Source: Glycera tridactyla (Eukaryota). From it: 64,000 bases of DNA. Each line of letters starts with the position of its first letter. Positions within the stretch are counted from its first letter, which is position 1. The position numbers were made by a program, and so were the translations under genes. Under the pieces are notes generated by a model, which did not search any database, was not told the DNA's origin, and saw only the letters and a program-made list of their open reading frames with translations. The DNA is taken from contig OZ286470.1 of the NCBI GenBank assembly GCA_965644265.1, positions 32,054,001 to 32,118,000 of the forward strand, read 5' to 3'. Below, in pieces: positions 62,851-64,000 of the stretch.

Positions 62851-64000
62851 TTCGAATATTTGAGTTAGAGTTGAGTATGTCACATATCTACTTAGAAGTT
62901 TGCAACATTTGATTGGCGAGAGACAATGATACATCCCCCAAGACACAATACTTCGAAAAGGCTGCAAGGCATCGTTAATGGAGATGCCGCAAATCACCCA
63001 TATTTGTGTCCAACCTGAGGTGCTTGCTCATTCCGTGCAATCTGCTCAGTTGATGATGGTATCCACTAAAATTGCACATATACCAACATCACTGAAGACA
63101 CCTAGTACGAAACTCTCAATGTTCAAACACATATGGTAGCATGACAGTGACGTTTCGACAAATCCACACTTTATACAGTTACCAATCACTGAACGAATGT
63201 CCCCCTCCGTGATTTTATCTGATCACTGAGGATATTCTGGAATACTGAACAGCTTTCTTCTTCAAGTCCTCGACTTTGTCACTCACTCACTCACTCACTC
63301 TCTTATATACCCACCATACGACCCACTGATTCCGTCACTGACTNNNNNNNNNNNNNNNNNNNNNNNNNNNNNNNNNNNNNNNNNNNNNNNNNNNNNNNNN
63401 NNNNNNNNNNNNNNNNNNNNNNNNNNNNNNNNNNNNNNNNNNNNNNNNNNNNNNNNNNNNNNNNNNNNNNNNNNNNNNNNNNNNNNNNNNNNNNNNNNNN
63501 NNNNNNNNNNNNNNNNNNNNNNNNNNACTCACTAAATCATTCAACCCCTCCTTCCCTCTCTTCACTTAAGAGGTGGACGTTCAATTACGGTGTTTGGACA
63601 TTTATGATTGATTCTGTGAAATCGGTGTAGACAGTCCATGTGTTTTCTTCTGGACTTATACTTGATGGCAGTGATTTAGCCTGAGAACCTTGTCAGATCT
63701 GAGAGGCAGTCTAGGCCACGAGCGACCACTCACCTTCTGTAGAGAAGGTCACTGATTGCTCTCACAAAATGACCATAGACTGCCCCTCGGGCTTGACCAG
63801 CCATTCACATCACCGCTCCAACTGGGTGTACCACAAGGATCCATGTCACTCCCACCAAATTGAGCAAGGCTATTGACCTATCAAATAGAAATTCATTCCA
63901 ACCCTAAAACACCAGTATCTAAATCTCTGTATGGAAGATATACAGATCCATCCCACTGAAACTGAAATATATTCTAAATTTATCTATTTCTCAGAGAATT

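Noticed and set aside
62376-62912. 178-aa Ser/Thr-rich, membrane-like ORF
   Set aside because: Product of the CAT/CAGCAC/CAC microsatellite.

Overview
AT-rich animal genomic DNA, probably from an invertebrate, with five assembly N-gaps. The window lies almost entirely within a minus-strand tetraspanin gene. Its large-extracellular-loop (LEL), TM4 and C-terminal exons can be read at 57472-57582, 52611-52682, 4815-4898 and 1791-1916. I did not find the TM1-TM3 exons, so they are probably beyond 64000. A candidate PxxCC exon and several candidate microexons lie between the CCG exon and TM4. One intron holds an apparently intact ~8 kb CR1/L2-group LINE in the same orientation as the gene. It has three long ORFs: an L1-type RRM ORF1, a stand-alone SGNH esterase, and an APE-RT ORF2. 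The most striking observation concerns the two downstream ORFs. Each appears to start at an ATG overlapping the previous stop codon (TGATG, TAATG), with a short in-frame leader ending at a strong phase-0 GT donor that can be spliced into the main ORF. This suggests a tricistronic, translationally coupled LINE that contains introns. The rest of the window comprises four young tRNA-derived SINEs with TSDs, several MITE-like inverted-repeat elements, minisatellites and microsatellites. All calls come from manual reading of the sequence; no database search was run.
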